The position numbers were made by a program, and so were the translations under genes. This document shows, piece by piece, positions 43,100 through 56,631 of a DNA stretch of 64,000 nucleotides. Source of the DNA: Octopus vulgaris. Lineage: Eukaryota. Under the pieces are notes generated by a model, which had not been told where the DNA came from, searched no databases, and worked only from the letters and a program-made list of their open reading frames with translations. The DNA lies in the NCBI GenBank assembly GCA_951406725.2, contig OX597814.1, positions 37,634,001 through 37,698,000 of the forward strand, written 5' to 3'. Positions within the stretch are counted from its first letter, which is position 1. Every line of letters begins with the position of its first letter.

Positions 43100-43393
43100 C
43101 TTTATATACATGATAAATATATAGTCACTTCGTCATTATGTTCACTGCGGCGACATTACTCAACATATAGCACATGATGTTGGACGGACAAAGGAATTAT
43201 TTGAGTATATACGTTTATACACACATACACACACACATATAACACATATATATAATATATAGATATATATATATTATATGTGTGTGTGTGTGTGTGTGTG
43301 TATAAACGTATATACTCAAATAATTCGTTTGTCCGTCCAACATCATGTGCTATATGTTGAGAAATGTCGTCGCAGTGAATATAATGACGAAGT

Positions 43394-43463
<70 letters not shown>

Positions 43464-43670
43464 ACATATATATGTTGTGTATGTGTGCGCGAGTGTGTGT
43501 ATACGTGCATATATTTAAGTTTTGGTATGTTTTATATATATATTTGTAATTTTGTACTAATGCTGGTGTAACTCAATGATGAGGCAGAGCATATTTATGC
43601 ATAACCAGAAATTGCGATCTGAGATTATCCATTAATCTTTTGCCAGTTTATTTGCTCATTTATCTTTCAC
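43100..43670 (+). mobile_element. Second, inverted copy of the same hammerhead element with an internal inverted duplication
   Basis: Collinear with the reverse complement of 42565-42845. CTCA-ATGATGA-GG...CC-A-GAAA-TTGCGA-TC-TGAG at 43572-43623. Palindrome 43118-43240 / 43278-43400. Confidence 0.65.
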
Positions 43671-43691
43671 ACATAGAGACACGCGCACACA

Positions 43692-43729
<38 letters not shown>

Positions 43730-44742
43730 TGTATAATGAACCAAAATAATTACATCGTAAGGAAAATATAAAAGACCTGCTGCTGGAAAGCAAGTATGGA
43801 ATGAAACCGTTAGCTATTTACTTGGAGGTGGTCACTACCAAATGGGTGTTTGTAATCTATAAGTTGTAGTCCATAATTTTCCTGTATAGTAACGTTGTAC
43901 ACAGTAATACGCAATAAGCCAACCTACCAACACACTGTAAAAGAACGGCATTAGTTTGAATACTAATTATTACTAGTCCTTCCGTAGGTCTATATTTCAG
44001 ACAAGGTTGCAGTATTGTGAAACTATATTAGTGAAACAAACTTTTAGTTTCAGTTCCAATAAAAATAAAACATATTATGTACATGTATTGAGCACTTCTG
44101 ACTCATTCGTCCGACATAAAATCAACGTACGAATATATTTGAACTAATATATATATGCACACATGTATGTAAATGTGAATGTTTGTAAGTATATGTCGTA
44201 TTCTATATAAGCAATATTATATTCTCCCCTTATTATATTCATGAAAAATTGCATCGCCTGCTATAGATTATCATGTAAAATACAATATCTATTGTAATAA
44301 TCACACATATCTGACTCATTAAAACTATGGTGCGAGTTGCAGACAGAAAACATTTAATACAAATACTTTCAAATAAACGCATGCAAATAAAAAGAAGTAT
44401 TAACAGATATAACATTTAATTCGAAATACAAAGAGAAAGGAAACAATTTATCGATTTTGACATTATCGGTGGTGATTTAACAGGCTACATCGAATTCAGT
44501 ATATTAAGCAACTCCGAACAATAGTTCTTGTTATTCAGAAAATATATAAATAAATTTAATATGTGTAATAGAATTAATTATGTACATAGATAACCCCACA
44601 AACCCGTATGTAAATATGCAAAGGCGAATACACATAAGCACAAATGTACAAATAGATATGGATACACAAAGACATACATAAATGATATCAGTATGTGTGT
44701 GTGTCTCTCTATGCATACATACATATATATATATAATATATA

Positions 44743-44827
<85 letters not shown>

Positions 44828-45083
44828 TTCTGTACATTTATAATTATATGTGTATGTGTGTATGCATAGGTCTCAATGGTAAATTGTCACCATTGTATAT
44901 CTTTAATTTTGCGCATGTGCATTATTATTTTTTTTCTTTTGCTGTCTAGTACGCAGTAGAGTAGGAGCAGTTGGGTACCGTCTGGGATAAATAAATGCAC
45001 CATGACGTAATTCTTCACTGTGCCAGAAATTTGGAAACGACATCGCTACGGCTTCGCATTCGCATCAGAAGCTCTAATACGTA

Positions 45084-47804
45084 GGGAAGACCGGACCAAG
45101 TTCACTACAGGGGAAAGTTGACACATTTTCTCTAGAGATAACGTGCAACTACTTTCGAACGATTTAATGACATCATTGTAGTGCTGTTATTATAAGCTTC
45201 CCCTCATTCCATTTCGTCGCCGTTGTGAGAGTTTGTCTGCTACACGCTGACAACATTGCAATTTTCCACTTGGTAAGTTACTTTTGAAATTTTTGATAAT
45301 TAGTTATTTTGGATACTGTTTAAGACTATTACGTGTATGAAACCTTAAGGAGTTAGTAAAATATCTCTTACGACCCTATACAAATGGATTCTTGCGAAAC
45401 CCTAGTGGTTTTCTCTCAGTGTTTACATTTACGGGGGAAATGGTATCGGGGCAAGTTGACACATGTAAACAGGGGCACGGTGACACAGTGTGTCAACTTG
45501 CCTCGGCCTATGATAAAGTTGTTGTCGGTTGCTTACATTGATTCATAGACTGTATCTATCCCATTTTAACTAAGAGTGTTTGCTATTTGATTCATGTGTG
45601 GTACATTGGATCAATTCATTGAGCAATTTATGTATTGCTTGCTATAGTTTCAGATCAGCCATCTTTATCTATAACAACCTATTCTATCTTCATACCGCTA
45701 CCTACTTAGTCAACAGCTTGTATACTGCCTCAGCTTTATAACCTGTACCACTGATATATAAGCATGAATTTAGGCCGTGACCAGGCATGCTTGAAACTAA
45801 AAGGTAGGTAAACACTCAGAGCTTCGTTTTGCTTTCACTGTTGGATTATGCAATGAGCTAAATTTTTTTTATCCTTCTCTCTCTCTCTTTACAGACCTAG
45901 ATCTACAATTGTCATGGTGCGACACTATAAACGTAAAAGCGAAAGGACAGCATTTCCTCAGGGTGTAATCCAACAGGCTATTCAACAGGTTCGAGCTCGT
46001 GTCATTTCCTTGCGGAAAGCTTCGAGGACATTTGGTATCCCTTTAAAATCTGTCTCGCTACTGCACCAAGGCCGCTGAAGCAAACAACAACGATCACATT
46101 CTTAGTGCATACAAAAAAGCCACGGCAAGCTCTCACTGACGAGTTCGAGAATCAGTTAGAGGCTTATGCTTTGGCTGCCGCAGATATTTACTTTGGGCTT
46201 GCTCCAAAAGATGTGCGGAAATTGGCTTTTCAGATGATAAAAGCACATGGATGTAATATCCCTCAAACCGGGCATGAGACAGAAATAGCAGGTGAAGACT
46301 AGTTCTCTGGATATATTCAACGACACAATAATTTATTCATAAGACGCCCACAGGCAACAAGCTTGGCACGAGCAACAAGTTTCAACAAGACACATGTTGC
46401 TTTTTTTTTCAACCGACTTGCTGAGGTGATGATTCGTTATAAATTTGATCTATTCAATATCTACAACGTGGATGTGCAGCATCCCGATAGAATTATTGCC
46501 AGAAAAGGAACAAAGCAAGTGGGGTAAATGACAAGTGCGCAGATGGGAACTCTGGTCACATTGGCACTCTGTGTAAACAGCATACCACCGTTTTTTGTTT
46601 TCCCCCGGAAGAACTTTATGTCACATTTCCTGAACAATGGACCATCAGGCAGTGATGGAAGTGCTAATCTATCTAGTTGGATATGTGAGGAGCAGTTTGT
46701 GAAACTCCTTCATCACTTTGTGAAGAATGTGAAATCTCCAAAGCAGTTACCGTGCATTCTCTTGCTGAATAATCACGATTCCCAACTTAGTATCGATGGG
46801 CTGACTTATGCACCAGACAATGGCATCACCATGCTTTCTTTCCCAACTCACTGCACACACAGGTTGCAACCGTTGGACAAAGCGGTCTATGTATCACGGA
46901 AGAAATACACTAAAACTACCATTGATGACTGGCATATCAACCATCCTGGCCAGACCATGACCATTTATGACATTCCGTGTATTTTCAAACTGCATGGCCA
47001 TTAACTGCAACTCCGACGAACATTCTTAGTGGCTTTTCTTCTACAGGAATATGCCCTTTTAATCGCAACATTTTCATAGACAGGGACTTTGCACCAAGCT
47101 ATGTCACTGACCGACCGGGTCCTGCACTTTCAGCACCTGCAACACCTGGGTCTTCAAGCAACATAGCCACCAGGACTTTTCTTTCACCATTTCAAATCCG
47201 TCCACTAACCAAAGCAGACCCTAGGAAAGAATCGACTAGAGGAAGAAAGGAACGTTGTTCTGAAATCCTCACTGACTCGCCGGTTAAAAGAGCAATCATA
47301 GAAGAAAAGACAAAAAGTAAAATTAAAAAGAAGACAAACATTGATTATGGAACGATAGGAAAGGGACTCAGTAAGGACAGATCAACGAAGGGAAAAGGTT
47401 CAACTGTTAAGAAACAAGTTCAAATTCAAGAAAGTGATAGCTCTAAGCTCTAATGAGGAAGAGTGATTTTGCTTAGTGTGCTGCGAGCCTTTTTCCAACA
47501 GCAAAGGGAGCGAAGTGTGGCTTCAATGCTCTGATTGTAAAGGTTGGGTTCACGAGGCATGCACACCAGGTCTGACAATATTCACACGCCCAAATTGTGA
47601 CTCTGATGATGATACGTAATGAAACCGTAATAAACGCATTTGATCAAACCAACAAGCTTATATCATGTGTTTCTGTCCACTAACATGTATGCTCCAAGAA
47701 AATGCATTCATGTGTCAACATATCCCATTATATGTGTCAACTTGCCCCGGTACCGCTTAGTGTGCTGCGAACCTTTTTACAACAGCAAAGGAAGCGGTCT
47801 CCCC
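45084..47804 (+). mobile_element. pogo-superfamily DNA transposon (HTH_psq, DDE_1, PHD) with TA target duplication
   Basis: TA|GGGAAGACCGG...GCGGTCTCCCC|TA, with subterminal GGGGCAAGTTGACACA repeats at both ends. Confidence 0.88.
45915..47619 (+). pseudogene. pogo-like transposase pseudogene with C-terminal PHD finger
   Basis: MVRHYKRKS...SLRKASRTFGIP, RRPQATSLARATSFN, IYNVD, IPPFFVFPRK, LLLNNHDSQ, PTHCTHRLQPLD and the C-terminal CLVC...WLQCSDCKGWVHEAC...PNC. Several stops and frameshifts. Confidence 0.88.
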
Positions 47805-48660
47805 TACATTTCAGAGTGTTTGGCTGTCAATCTGAGGACAGTGCAGATAACTCAGAAAGAGTTAGTTGAGTTTAATGGTCATTACGAGGGTAAGGCAGCT
47901 CGGAAAACTCACTCTGATCGTTCTGATAAAAAAAAAAACCTCCCGACTTTCTTGGTGAGATACAAGCCATGAATGACAACGATCCCTCCAACTCAGTCCA
48001 GTTCATCACCAGGGCTATGGGAATGCCTAAGCTTCTTATCAGGTAGGTGGTGCATGAAGACATTCGGCATTCCTGATACAAGATGCGAAAAGGGTCAATT
48101 TTTATCGCAAGCCATCAAGAAGAGGAAAGAACGCACTACGATGCTTTTAACAAGCATCCCCTCCAACCAAACAGGATCTGGTGTTTCTCAAACAAAAATA
48201 TTCTGTCTGGAATACACAGAGTAACCCTTGGTTTGCCGTGTCCCCAAATATGTACCGAGAGTGATAAATATCCACTCAACATCATGGTATTTGGAGTCAC
48301 CACTAGTAATGGCAACGTTATGCTTCCATTCACCTTCGCACACAGCATCAGACTCAACACGGATGCCTACATCAGGTGTCTAGAGAAGAGAGCGCTGGCC
48401 TGGGTCAAGAAGGTAGCTGCTGGCACACATTTGCCTGGCAACAGGATTCTACACAATGTCAAACAAGAAGGAAAACCCAGTCTTGGCTCTCAGATTACGT
48501 CTGTAAGCCGTTGTTCAATGCAATAAATTTTCTCTTTAGTATTTCAAGATATATTTATGTAATTTTGGTAAATATATCTGTTTAAATGACATGTGAGTGT
48601 TATTCTCATTTTTGCGTAATTTAAAAGACAATTTATTCAGTGTTCCATCTCTCTCTCTCC

Positions 48661-48745
<85 letters not shown>

Positions 48746-49044
48746 CATATAGGTATGCATATGATATATATATATATATATATGTGTGTATGTGTGTGTG
48801 TTTTTGATAAATGTGCTTACATGTCAAGAGGGCAATGATTGTGTACCTCACTGGAAGAATTTAATAGATTAGCAGAGTCAAAACGTTATTATCATCAGAT
48901 TTCAAATCATCGAAGTTACTTACAGACCTGAAAAAGATACCCACTGCAAATAGCATTAGAATATCCTCACATTCCTTTGTGATGGTTGCAGTGTATTTAT
49001 ATTTTCGCCATCTTAAATTCATTGCTAGTTGAAAGAACAATGGA

Positions 49045-49410
49045 AGTGAAGGTGCATAGCTTCATAGTTAGAGCGTCTAGCTTACGATCATGAGGTTGTG
49101 AGTTCGATTCCCGGACCGGACTGCGTGTTGTGTTCTTGGACAAGACAATTTATTTCACGTTGCTCCAGTTCACTCAGCTGTAGAAATGAGTTGCGACGTC
49201 ACTGGTGCCAAGCTGTATCGGAACTTGTTTTCCTTTGGATAACGTCGGTGGCGTGGAGATGAGAGGCTGATATGCATGGGCGATTGCTGATCTTCCATAA
49301 AATAACCCTAGTTTGTGCGTTTGCTGGTGGGACGAATTTCCGCTCAGACTTGTACTCCGGAGGGGAACCTCTTAGGTGAACCCTTGGTCATTAGTGACCG
49401 ACGGAACCAT
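49045..49410 (+). mobile_element. tRNA-derived SINE family D (decayed copy at about 61695-61960)
   Basis: tRNA-like head with B box GAGTTCGATTCC, followed by the core TGTGTTCTTGGACAAGACAATTTATTTCACGTTGCTCCAGTTCACTCAGCTGTA. Confidence 0.8.
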
Positions 49411-49945
49411 CGTTAGTAAATGAATATTTGTGCATGCTCTTCATATTTCTGTCAACTCAGATTTATGCGATAGTAGAATGATATATAGTGTAGAATTGAC
49501 GTTTTGTGATAAACCATATTCATCCTACCGAAGAAGAATTTCCCTTTCATCCTTACACGGTCGCTTCTTTAGTATTGCGAAGGTTCTTTCTCTGCTTAAA
49601 TTCTTCTCTCTGCCTGTACATTTCCTCAATTGTGAGAGTAATTGTTTCCTGTATGGTGTAGAGAATGTCTAAAATATTTCCCAAGAAACACTATGCCTTC
49701 CTAAAATTTACATTAAAAAGGAGAAACACGTGCACGGCGTGCATATATTCGCGCGCGTGTGTGTGTGTATGTATTTCCTCTGTGCGCTTTTGTTTGTGTA
49801 CATGCGTATAATACATGCATCTACATATATTTCCAGAAATACATAAACCGATATAAATATATACACACACAGAAACACACACACATATATATATAGACAT
49901 TCATATATATATAAATTAATATACAATGATTTTTATATAATACAA

Positions 49946-50033
<88 letters not shown>

Positions 50034-50802
50034 GCATACATATACGTGTGGATGTGTACACGAGACTATGTGCGTCACATTTTCTCCAAATTTTAAAGCT
50101 TATTGCCCTATGGCGTATCGTAAGTAAATCAGTGTATGAAAGGTTTTTGTCAATTGTTCTACATGAACAACTAACAAAAGACTGATGTTCATTCTCACTC
50201 CTGTTGATTGACAAACAGAAAAGCTAATTATGAATTTATTTCCTTTCCTAGATAAAATAAATACTGACATTCCGGTGTTGGTTGTTAAATTATTTTTGCC
50301 GGAAAATAAAGAAGAAAAAATAGTAACAAATAAATATATTTACAAAGCCACCGACAAGCCTAACCTTTACAGCAAAATTTTATTGGTGTCTCTTTTTACT
50401 TCGTTGTATTGTTTTCTTTTATTTCCCATTTTGTCTTTTGATATTGACAATTAAATTTCCTTTTACCCATTAACGGTGATAAATGTATACATTGAAACAC
50501 GCACACAAAGAGACCTACGCACAAACGCAGAGAGACATAACCATACTCACACGCAATCGCTCACACACTAACTTACACACACTCACTCGCATATATATAT
50601 ATATATATGTGTGTGTTTGTATATTTATGTGTGTGTGTGTTGTACTTCCGTGTATATGTCATTTGTGATTCTCTTCACTATGAGAGAATATATTAATATG
50701 GGAAAAATTGTCTGCATTTATATATGTACACATATACATCAGAAATATAACACGTAATGTTGAAAGGACGCTAATTGCCATTATCATAAGACACATTTAT
50801 AA

Positions 50803-50837
<35 letters not shown>

Positions 50838-51704
50838 CGTGTGTGTGTGTGAGTGTGTGTGTGTGTGTGAGTATCTGTCTGTGTATTTATATATTTACAT
50901 AAACGCATATGACTGTATATGTAAATATATATGGAGCTCTGCCAATATGCGTATTTATGCATTTAGGTATATATGCGTACATACAGAGAAGTGATGAAGA
51001 ATGAGAGAAAGTGTGAGCGATAAAGAGGGAGAGAATGAGAGGAGGGAAAGGGAGAGAGGAACAAGTTCCAGTCCACTGCCTACATATATACACTCGGTGT
51101 GCTTACATTTCCGCAGAAATATAAACACGCAAGAAACAAAGGAAAAGAAATACCATTGCCAGAAATCCCTGAAAAATGTGTCTCAGAAACGATGGTTTAA
51201 ATAATTGTAAATGACAGTGGTACTTGCTGTTTTTCTTGATGTTCTTGTCGGTGGTGAAGATGACTTAAGGAGTACTAAACGACTGCGAATGACTCCGATG
51301 ACTATGACGACAATAACGATCACAATGATGAATTGATGAAGATGGTTATGGCGGCGAGGTGGATGAAGATGAAAAAGGAGAACAAGATGGGGATGTCGAT
51401 CATGTGGAGAACGATGATATTTCATTTCTTGAGTTGATACGGATAATAACAGAGGTTGGATTACCATCGGTAGCGATGATGACGATTTTGATGGGGTGGA
51501 GGAGATGAAGAAGGAAGAAAAGCTAAATGAGGTGGATGATGACGATGCTGATGATAATGACAGTAATATTCATGATGCGGGTGATGGCGTTGTGGTGGAT
51601 GTAAATGGGTGGGTAATGAAGATATAATGGCATGTTAGGTGATGAAAACTAATTTTGGCATGTAAGGAATGATTTTTCTATTAATAATGATTATTATTAT
51701 TATT

Positions 51705-52102
51705 GAGTGAGAGAGCCGTGCATGCCATCAAATTGACACTGGGGTAAAATATACGAAGCCCTTTATACACATCATGACTACCCATCTCATAAGGGTACAC
51801 CAGGCACATGCATCACAACCATGTGTGCGCGACATGGTGATCTCATATCAAGATAAACAGCACATGACCTTGCAGGTGGGGGCCCAGTTAGAATTTTCTT
51901 CTGGTCGAGTAGCCCATCCCAAGTAAAAGGTCCCTGAATAAGTATCACTGCTATGATGCTCCCCCACTACTTCTCCTCGTGATCAGCGATGTACATATCG
52001 TCAGCCACGAAGGGACATGCTTAACTGGTTTAGCTCAAACAACTGACAAGCAAATGTATGGTTTTGAGCAGAATATTTGCTGTAGCCCATCATTTATACC
52101 AA
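51705..52102 (-). mobile_element. Short non-coding element X in an (AAT)n array (longer copy)
   Basis: Flanked by ATT repeats. Its first 130 bp or so recur at 52142-52272 with the same terminus. Orientation is inferred from the shared end. Confidence 0.6.
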
Positions 52103-52141
52103 TTAATTATTAATATTATTATTTTTATTATTATTATTATT

Positions 52142-52269
52142 GAGTGAGAGAGCAGTGCATGCCATCAAAGTGACAATGGGGTAAAATATACGAAGCCCAG
52201 TATACCCGTCATGACTACCCGTCTGATAAGGGTACACTAGGCACATGCATCACAACCATATGTGCGCGA

Positions 52270-52272
<3 letters not shown>
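52142..52272 (-). mobile_element. Short non-coding element X, truncated copy
   Basis: GAGTGAGAGAGC.GTGCATGCCATCAAA...TGTGCGCGACAT matches 51705-51835, with (ATT)n on both sides. Confidence 0.65.
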
Positions 52273-52344
<72 letters not shown>

Positions 52345-52376
52345 TGTTATTATTAATGTTATTATTATTATTATTG

Positions 52377-52440
<64 letters not shown>

Positions 52441-52477
52441 CATTATTATTATTATTATCATTATAATTATTATTATT

Positions 52478-55400
52478 CAGTAGTTTTATTTTTATAGCGT
52501 GCTTTCACTTCACTACCGAGCGCAGCTCTGTGCACCTTGGGTATGTGCTGTGATTTGTTGTGATGCTCTGATGGTTACTGTATTGAAAGTGTTCTGCGTA
52601 GGATGTGCAGTACTTACTAGTGCAATTTTCTGTATGTTATATGTGTTTGTAAGTCCTGGTGTTTTTGTTTTATATTTTGCTGAATATTTTTTATGCCTAA
52701 TACACCTACTATGATAGAGACGCGTTGTCATCTGCTGGTATTGATACATCAATTAGAATGCATTTTTTTTTTCTTCATGATCTCTGACAACTATATCTGG
52801 TCTGTTGGCTTTAATTTCTCTATATGTGTGCATTGGTATATCCCAGAGTATGGTTGCTCCCTCGTATTCTATGACCTTTTCTGGGGTGTGCCTATACCAT
52901 ACTTTTTCTGTTGTTATTCCATAATGTTTGCATAGCTTCCAGTGTATGTAGGTCCCAACACTATCGTGTCTGTGAATATATTCCTTCTTAGCCAGGACTG
53001 TGTAGCCAGAGATAATATGATTTATTGTTGCTTGTCCATCTCCACACATTCTGCAGTTACTTGTTATATTTCGTTTCATTATATGCTTTTGGTAATTTTT
53101 GGTGGGGAAGCTTTGGTCTTGTGCAGCAATTAAAAATCCCTCTGACTCTGCTTTGAGTTCTGAGCTTCTCAACCATTGCTGGAATTTTTCTTTGTCTATT
53201 TCTTTTGCGTTTAGTTTAGTGCAGTATTTACCATGAAGGGGCTTTTCTTGCCATCGTTTTATCATGGCCCGTTGCTGTTCTAATTTTAGTTTGGATTTCA
53301 ATTGTTTTATAGCTTTTGTTGTTTCTTCATCTTCTTCTTGTTCATCATATTTACTAGGTGGTATGATTTCTTGTTTGTATTTGTCAGCTTCCTTAAATAC
53401 TGAGAACGGCTTTTTGTTTTGCTCGTGTTTTACCGCTATTTGTATCAGTTTTCCTCCGTTCTGAAGTAGATATTTTTGCAGTCCTATGGTTGTTATTTTA
53501 TAGTAGTTTTCCAGATGTATAAGGCCTCTGCCACCTTCTATACATTGTATATATAGTCTTTCTATGTCAGATTTTAGGTGATGCATCGTAGATCCTGTCA
53601 TTTCTCTTCTTGTTTTCCTATCTATTTTGGTCTAAAGTGTTAATACATATTATCTTGTTTTTAGCATTGAGCTTTGTTTTTAGTATTTATTTAACTCGTC
53701 TATAATATTCTTTTTTTATTTTCTCTTTCATTTGTGTGTTGTCTCTTATCTAGTTCATGGATTCCTAAGTATTTGTAAGTTTGGCTTTGGTCTAATACTT
53801 TTATTTCATTGGTTTTATCTAGTGTGATGTTGCTACTCTTAACTAGTTTTCCTCTTTTCATGGTTACTTTGGCGCATTTTTCTAATCCAAATTTCATATC
53901 TATTTCTTTGGTAAATCCATGAACTGTCTTTAATAGTGTTTCCAGCTGTTTTAGGTCATCCATATACAAAAGGATGCTGATCGTTTTGCCGTAACATTTA
54001 TATCCGCATCCAGTTCTCTTTAGCATATCAGATAGAGGTGACAGTGCCAAGGAGAAAAGGAGTGGAGAGAGCGTGTCTCCCTGGAATATTCCTCTTCTAA
54101 TGGGGATAGATTTGGCTTTCCTGAGACCCTCTTTTGTTTGGAGGTGTAGGACTGTTTGCCATTTATTCATAGAGTGCCCTATGAATTTTATAATTGTTGG
54201 TGCTACTTTGTTAATGGCTGGTGTTTTGAGGATCCATATGTGGGGAATGCTATCAAACGCCTTTTTGTAGTCAATCCAAGCCATACTGAGGCCTTTCTTC
54301 TTTCTGTGGCTGTCTTCAGTTATAGCTATATTGATCATTAGTTGATCTTTACAGCCATATGAGCCTTTGCTGCTTCCTTTCTGCTCTTATGGAAATAGGT
54401 TGTTTTCGTCCAGGTGCTAGTTCAATCTTTGCGATATTACTGCAGTAACTGCCTTGTACATTGTAGGGAGACTCTTTATAGGTCTCTAGTATTCTGGCTT
54501 TGCTGTCTCATTTGATTTTGGAATTAAAATAGTTTTCCCCTTTGTGAGCCATTCAGGCATTGTCTCTGGCTCTGCTAGTATGTTGTTAAAGTTTTCAGCC
54601 AGCTTTTTTTGCATTCCTGTTAGATATTTCAACCAGAAGTTGGGGATCTTGTCATGCCCAGGTACCTTCCAGTTGCTTAGGTTTTGCAGTGCCTGGGTGA
54701 CCTCTTCAGTTGTTATGGGGGTCCAAAGTTGCTCAGATGCTGAGTTTGTTGTTTTAATACTCCTTTTATTTGTTGTTCGTTCGCCGACCATATTTCTCTC
54801 CAGAATTTTTCCAATTATTCTGCCGTTGGTGCTGCAGGGATTTCTATTTTATTTTTGCCAAGTTCTTTTTTGGGGCTGGAGTTGAACTTTTTGTTTTGTT
54901 CAAAGAAACGTTGGCGTTTCTCGTACCGTCGGATCCTTTTTGCTTTGGCAAGGATATCTTGGTTTAGCTTTTCTTTTATCTCAAGTAAATCTTTTTCTGT
55001 GATGTATTTGCGGAGTATTTTTGTTTTCTTTTTGTTGCTCAGTAGCGTTGACTGTCTACTGATTTCATTAAGAATCGACAGATCTTTTCTCATTTTTTGT
55101 ATTTTGTTTTGGGTGTTATTTATCCACAGGGTTTGTTTGGGTGGTGGTACTCCTGTTTGGATGTGTTTGAGTGAGTATCCAGCTTCTCTTGTGGCTGCAC
55201 TGGCTGCTGCGTATACTAAGTCATTTTGCTTAGTGATATCGCTTTTTGTCTCAGTGGCTATTAGTTCCGTGACGGCTAGATTTATACTGTTTATAATTGG
55301 TGTTGTTGTTTTGTCTATTTTTATTTTTGGGAGGTATGATTCGTGGTCCATTTTGAGTTCTGTGGCTTTCAGTTCTTTGATTATTCTACTTTTTATAGTA

Positions 55401-56386
55401 TCATTACCATTAAGCTCCCCGTCGTTATGTCCAGGTTTTAGATTTTTGTCGTTTTCTTTCACATTTGTATGTTTGTTTGTCGTGATTTGGCTTGCTGTTT
55501 GTCGTGTATTATTATGCATCCTTACGGTCTGGGTTTGTTGTTTTGTGTTTACATCGTTTTTGCTGGAAATGTTACGTCTGTCTTCGTGTTTTACTGTTTC
55601 AGTGTTTATATTATTGGGCATTGTTGTGTGGCTTCTATCTACATTTTCGTGATGTATTTTTTCTTTTAGATGTTCTACTTCTATTTCTGATATTTTTTGC
55701 CTTGTGAATATATCTTCGTACGTTAGCTAGTTTATTAGGGTTCATTTCTGTATCCAGGTCTTTATTAATGTTATTTTCCTTCCATATTTTATATTTATGT
55801 GTTGTTGTGTTTTCATTCTTTGGGTAGACCACTGCCGTAAAGTAAGCGTGTAAGATAGAAATGTATTCCTCACGTGTCCATTTATGTCTTTTGGGTTTTA
55901 TTTGCGGAACATGAGCAACAACGACGGCCCATTATTTTGACGGTCGTCATTTTCGTAGGGTAACGGTCCGTTCATTTCTGTTGTCACATTGTTTTGCACG
56001 TGTAGTTTTTCGTACATTTTATGTTGTAAGTTTAAAGTACGTACTTGCCGATTGTTATTCTTGGGTTGAATAATATCGGTGTTATTTAATTTCTTTGTAG
56101 TTTTTTTGTACATGGTATTTGGGGTCGGAGATGATCTGGTGTTCATGGGTCGTAATGTTCCACGCATGTTTACATGTGCTGTGTTAGAGGTGGAGATGAT
56201 ATCGAGTTAAAATACATCATTTCCGTTCGAAAATAGTAATAAATTTCTATGAGTATTACTTACTCGGATATAGTCCAATCCTTTGTCAGTTAATTTTTGG
56301 CTCCATACGATGTCTTTGTTTTCGATCTTTGTGGATAGATTTCGGAGCACTGATTTATCGTTCTCACATCTTAAACGTCCCCGGTG
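52478..56386 (-). mobile_element. R4/Dong-clade LINE B, near full length but degenerate
   Basis: Fragments include AKRIRRYEKR, KVPGHDKIPNFWLK, WIDYKKAFDSIPH, GIFQGDTLSP, YMDDLK, GGRGL, CRMC...H, RHD and RPDIVV...IDVSIP. Both ends lie in long (AAT)n tracts (52273-52477 and 56390-56547). Confidence 0.92.
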
Positions 56387-56407
56387 TTGTTATTATTATT
56401 GTTATTA

Positions 56408-56541
<134 letters not shown>

Positions 56542-56631
56542 TTTATTACGTTACCAATGTATATCTGTTATTGCTCTGGTTATTGTCCTCTTGAAGTCTT
56601 TGGACCGGTATTTTAGCATGTAATAGTATTA

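Larger units (their letters stand above)
44865..48663 (+). mobile_element. maT/DD37D-like Tc1-mariner element split by a pogo-like insertion
   Basis: N-terminus ...PEIWKRH...IRSSNT (45002-45083) continues after the insertion as YISECLAVNLRTVQ...ARKTHSDRSDKK. It then gives MVFGVTTSNGNVMLPF...LNTDAYIRCLE and WQQDS (47805-48500). Confidence 0.7.

Noticed and set aside
51230-51620. Acidic Asp/Glu-rich exon-like segment
   Set aside because: It is degenerate (GAT)n low-complexity sequence with stops and no clear splice structure.
54855-55652. 265-aa hydrophobic plus-strand ORF
   Set aside because: It is the antisense shadow of the A-rich Dong LINE B coding strand.
56170-56386. Possible HDV-like ribozyme at the 5' end of Dong LINE B
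   Set aside because: I could not find the nested double pseudoknot or L3 and J4/2 consensus by eye.
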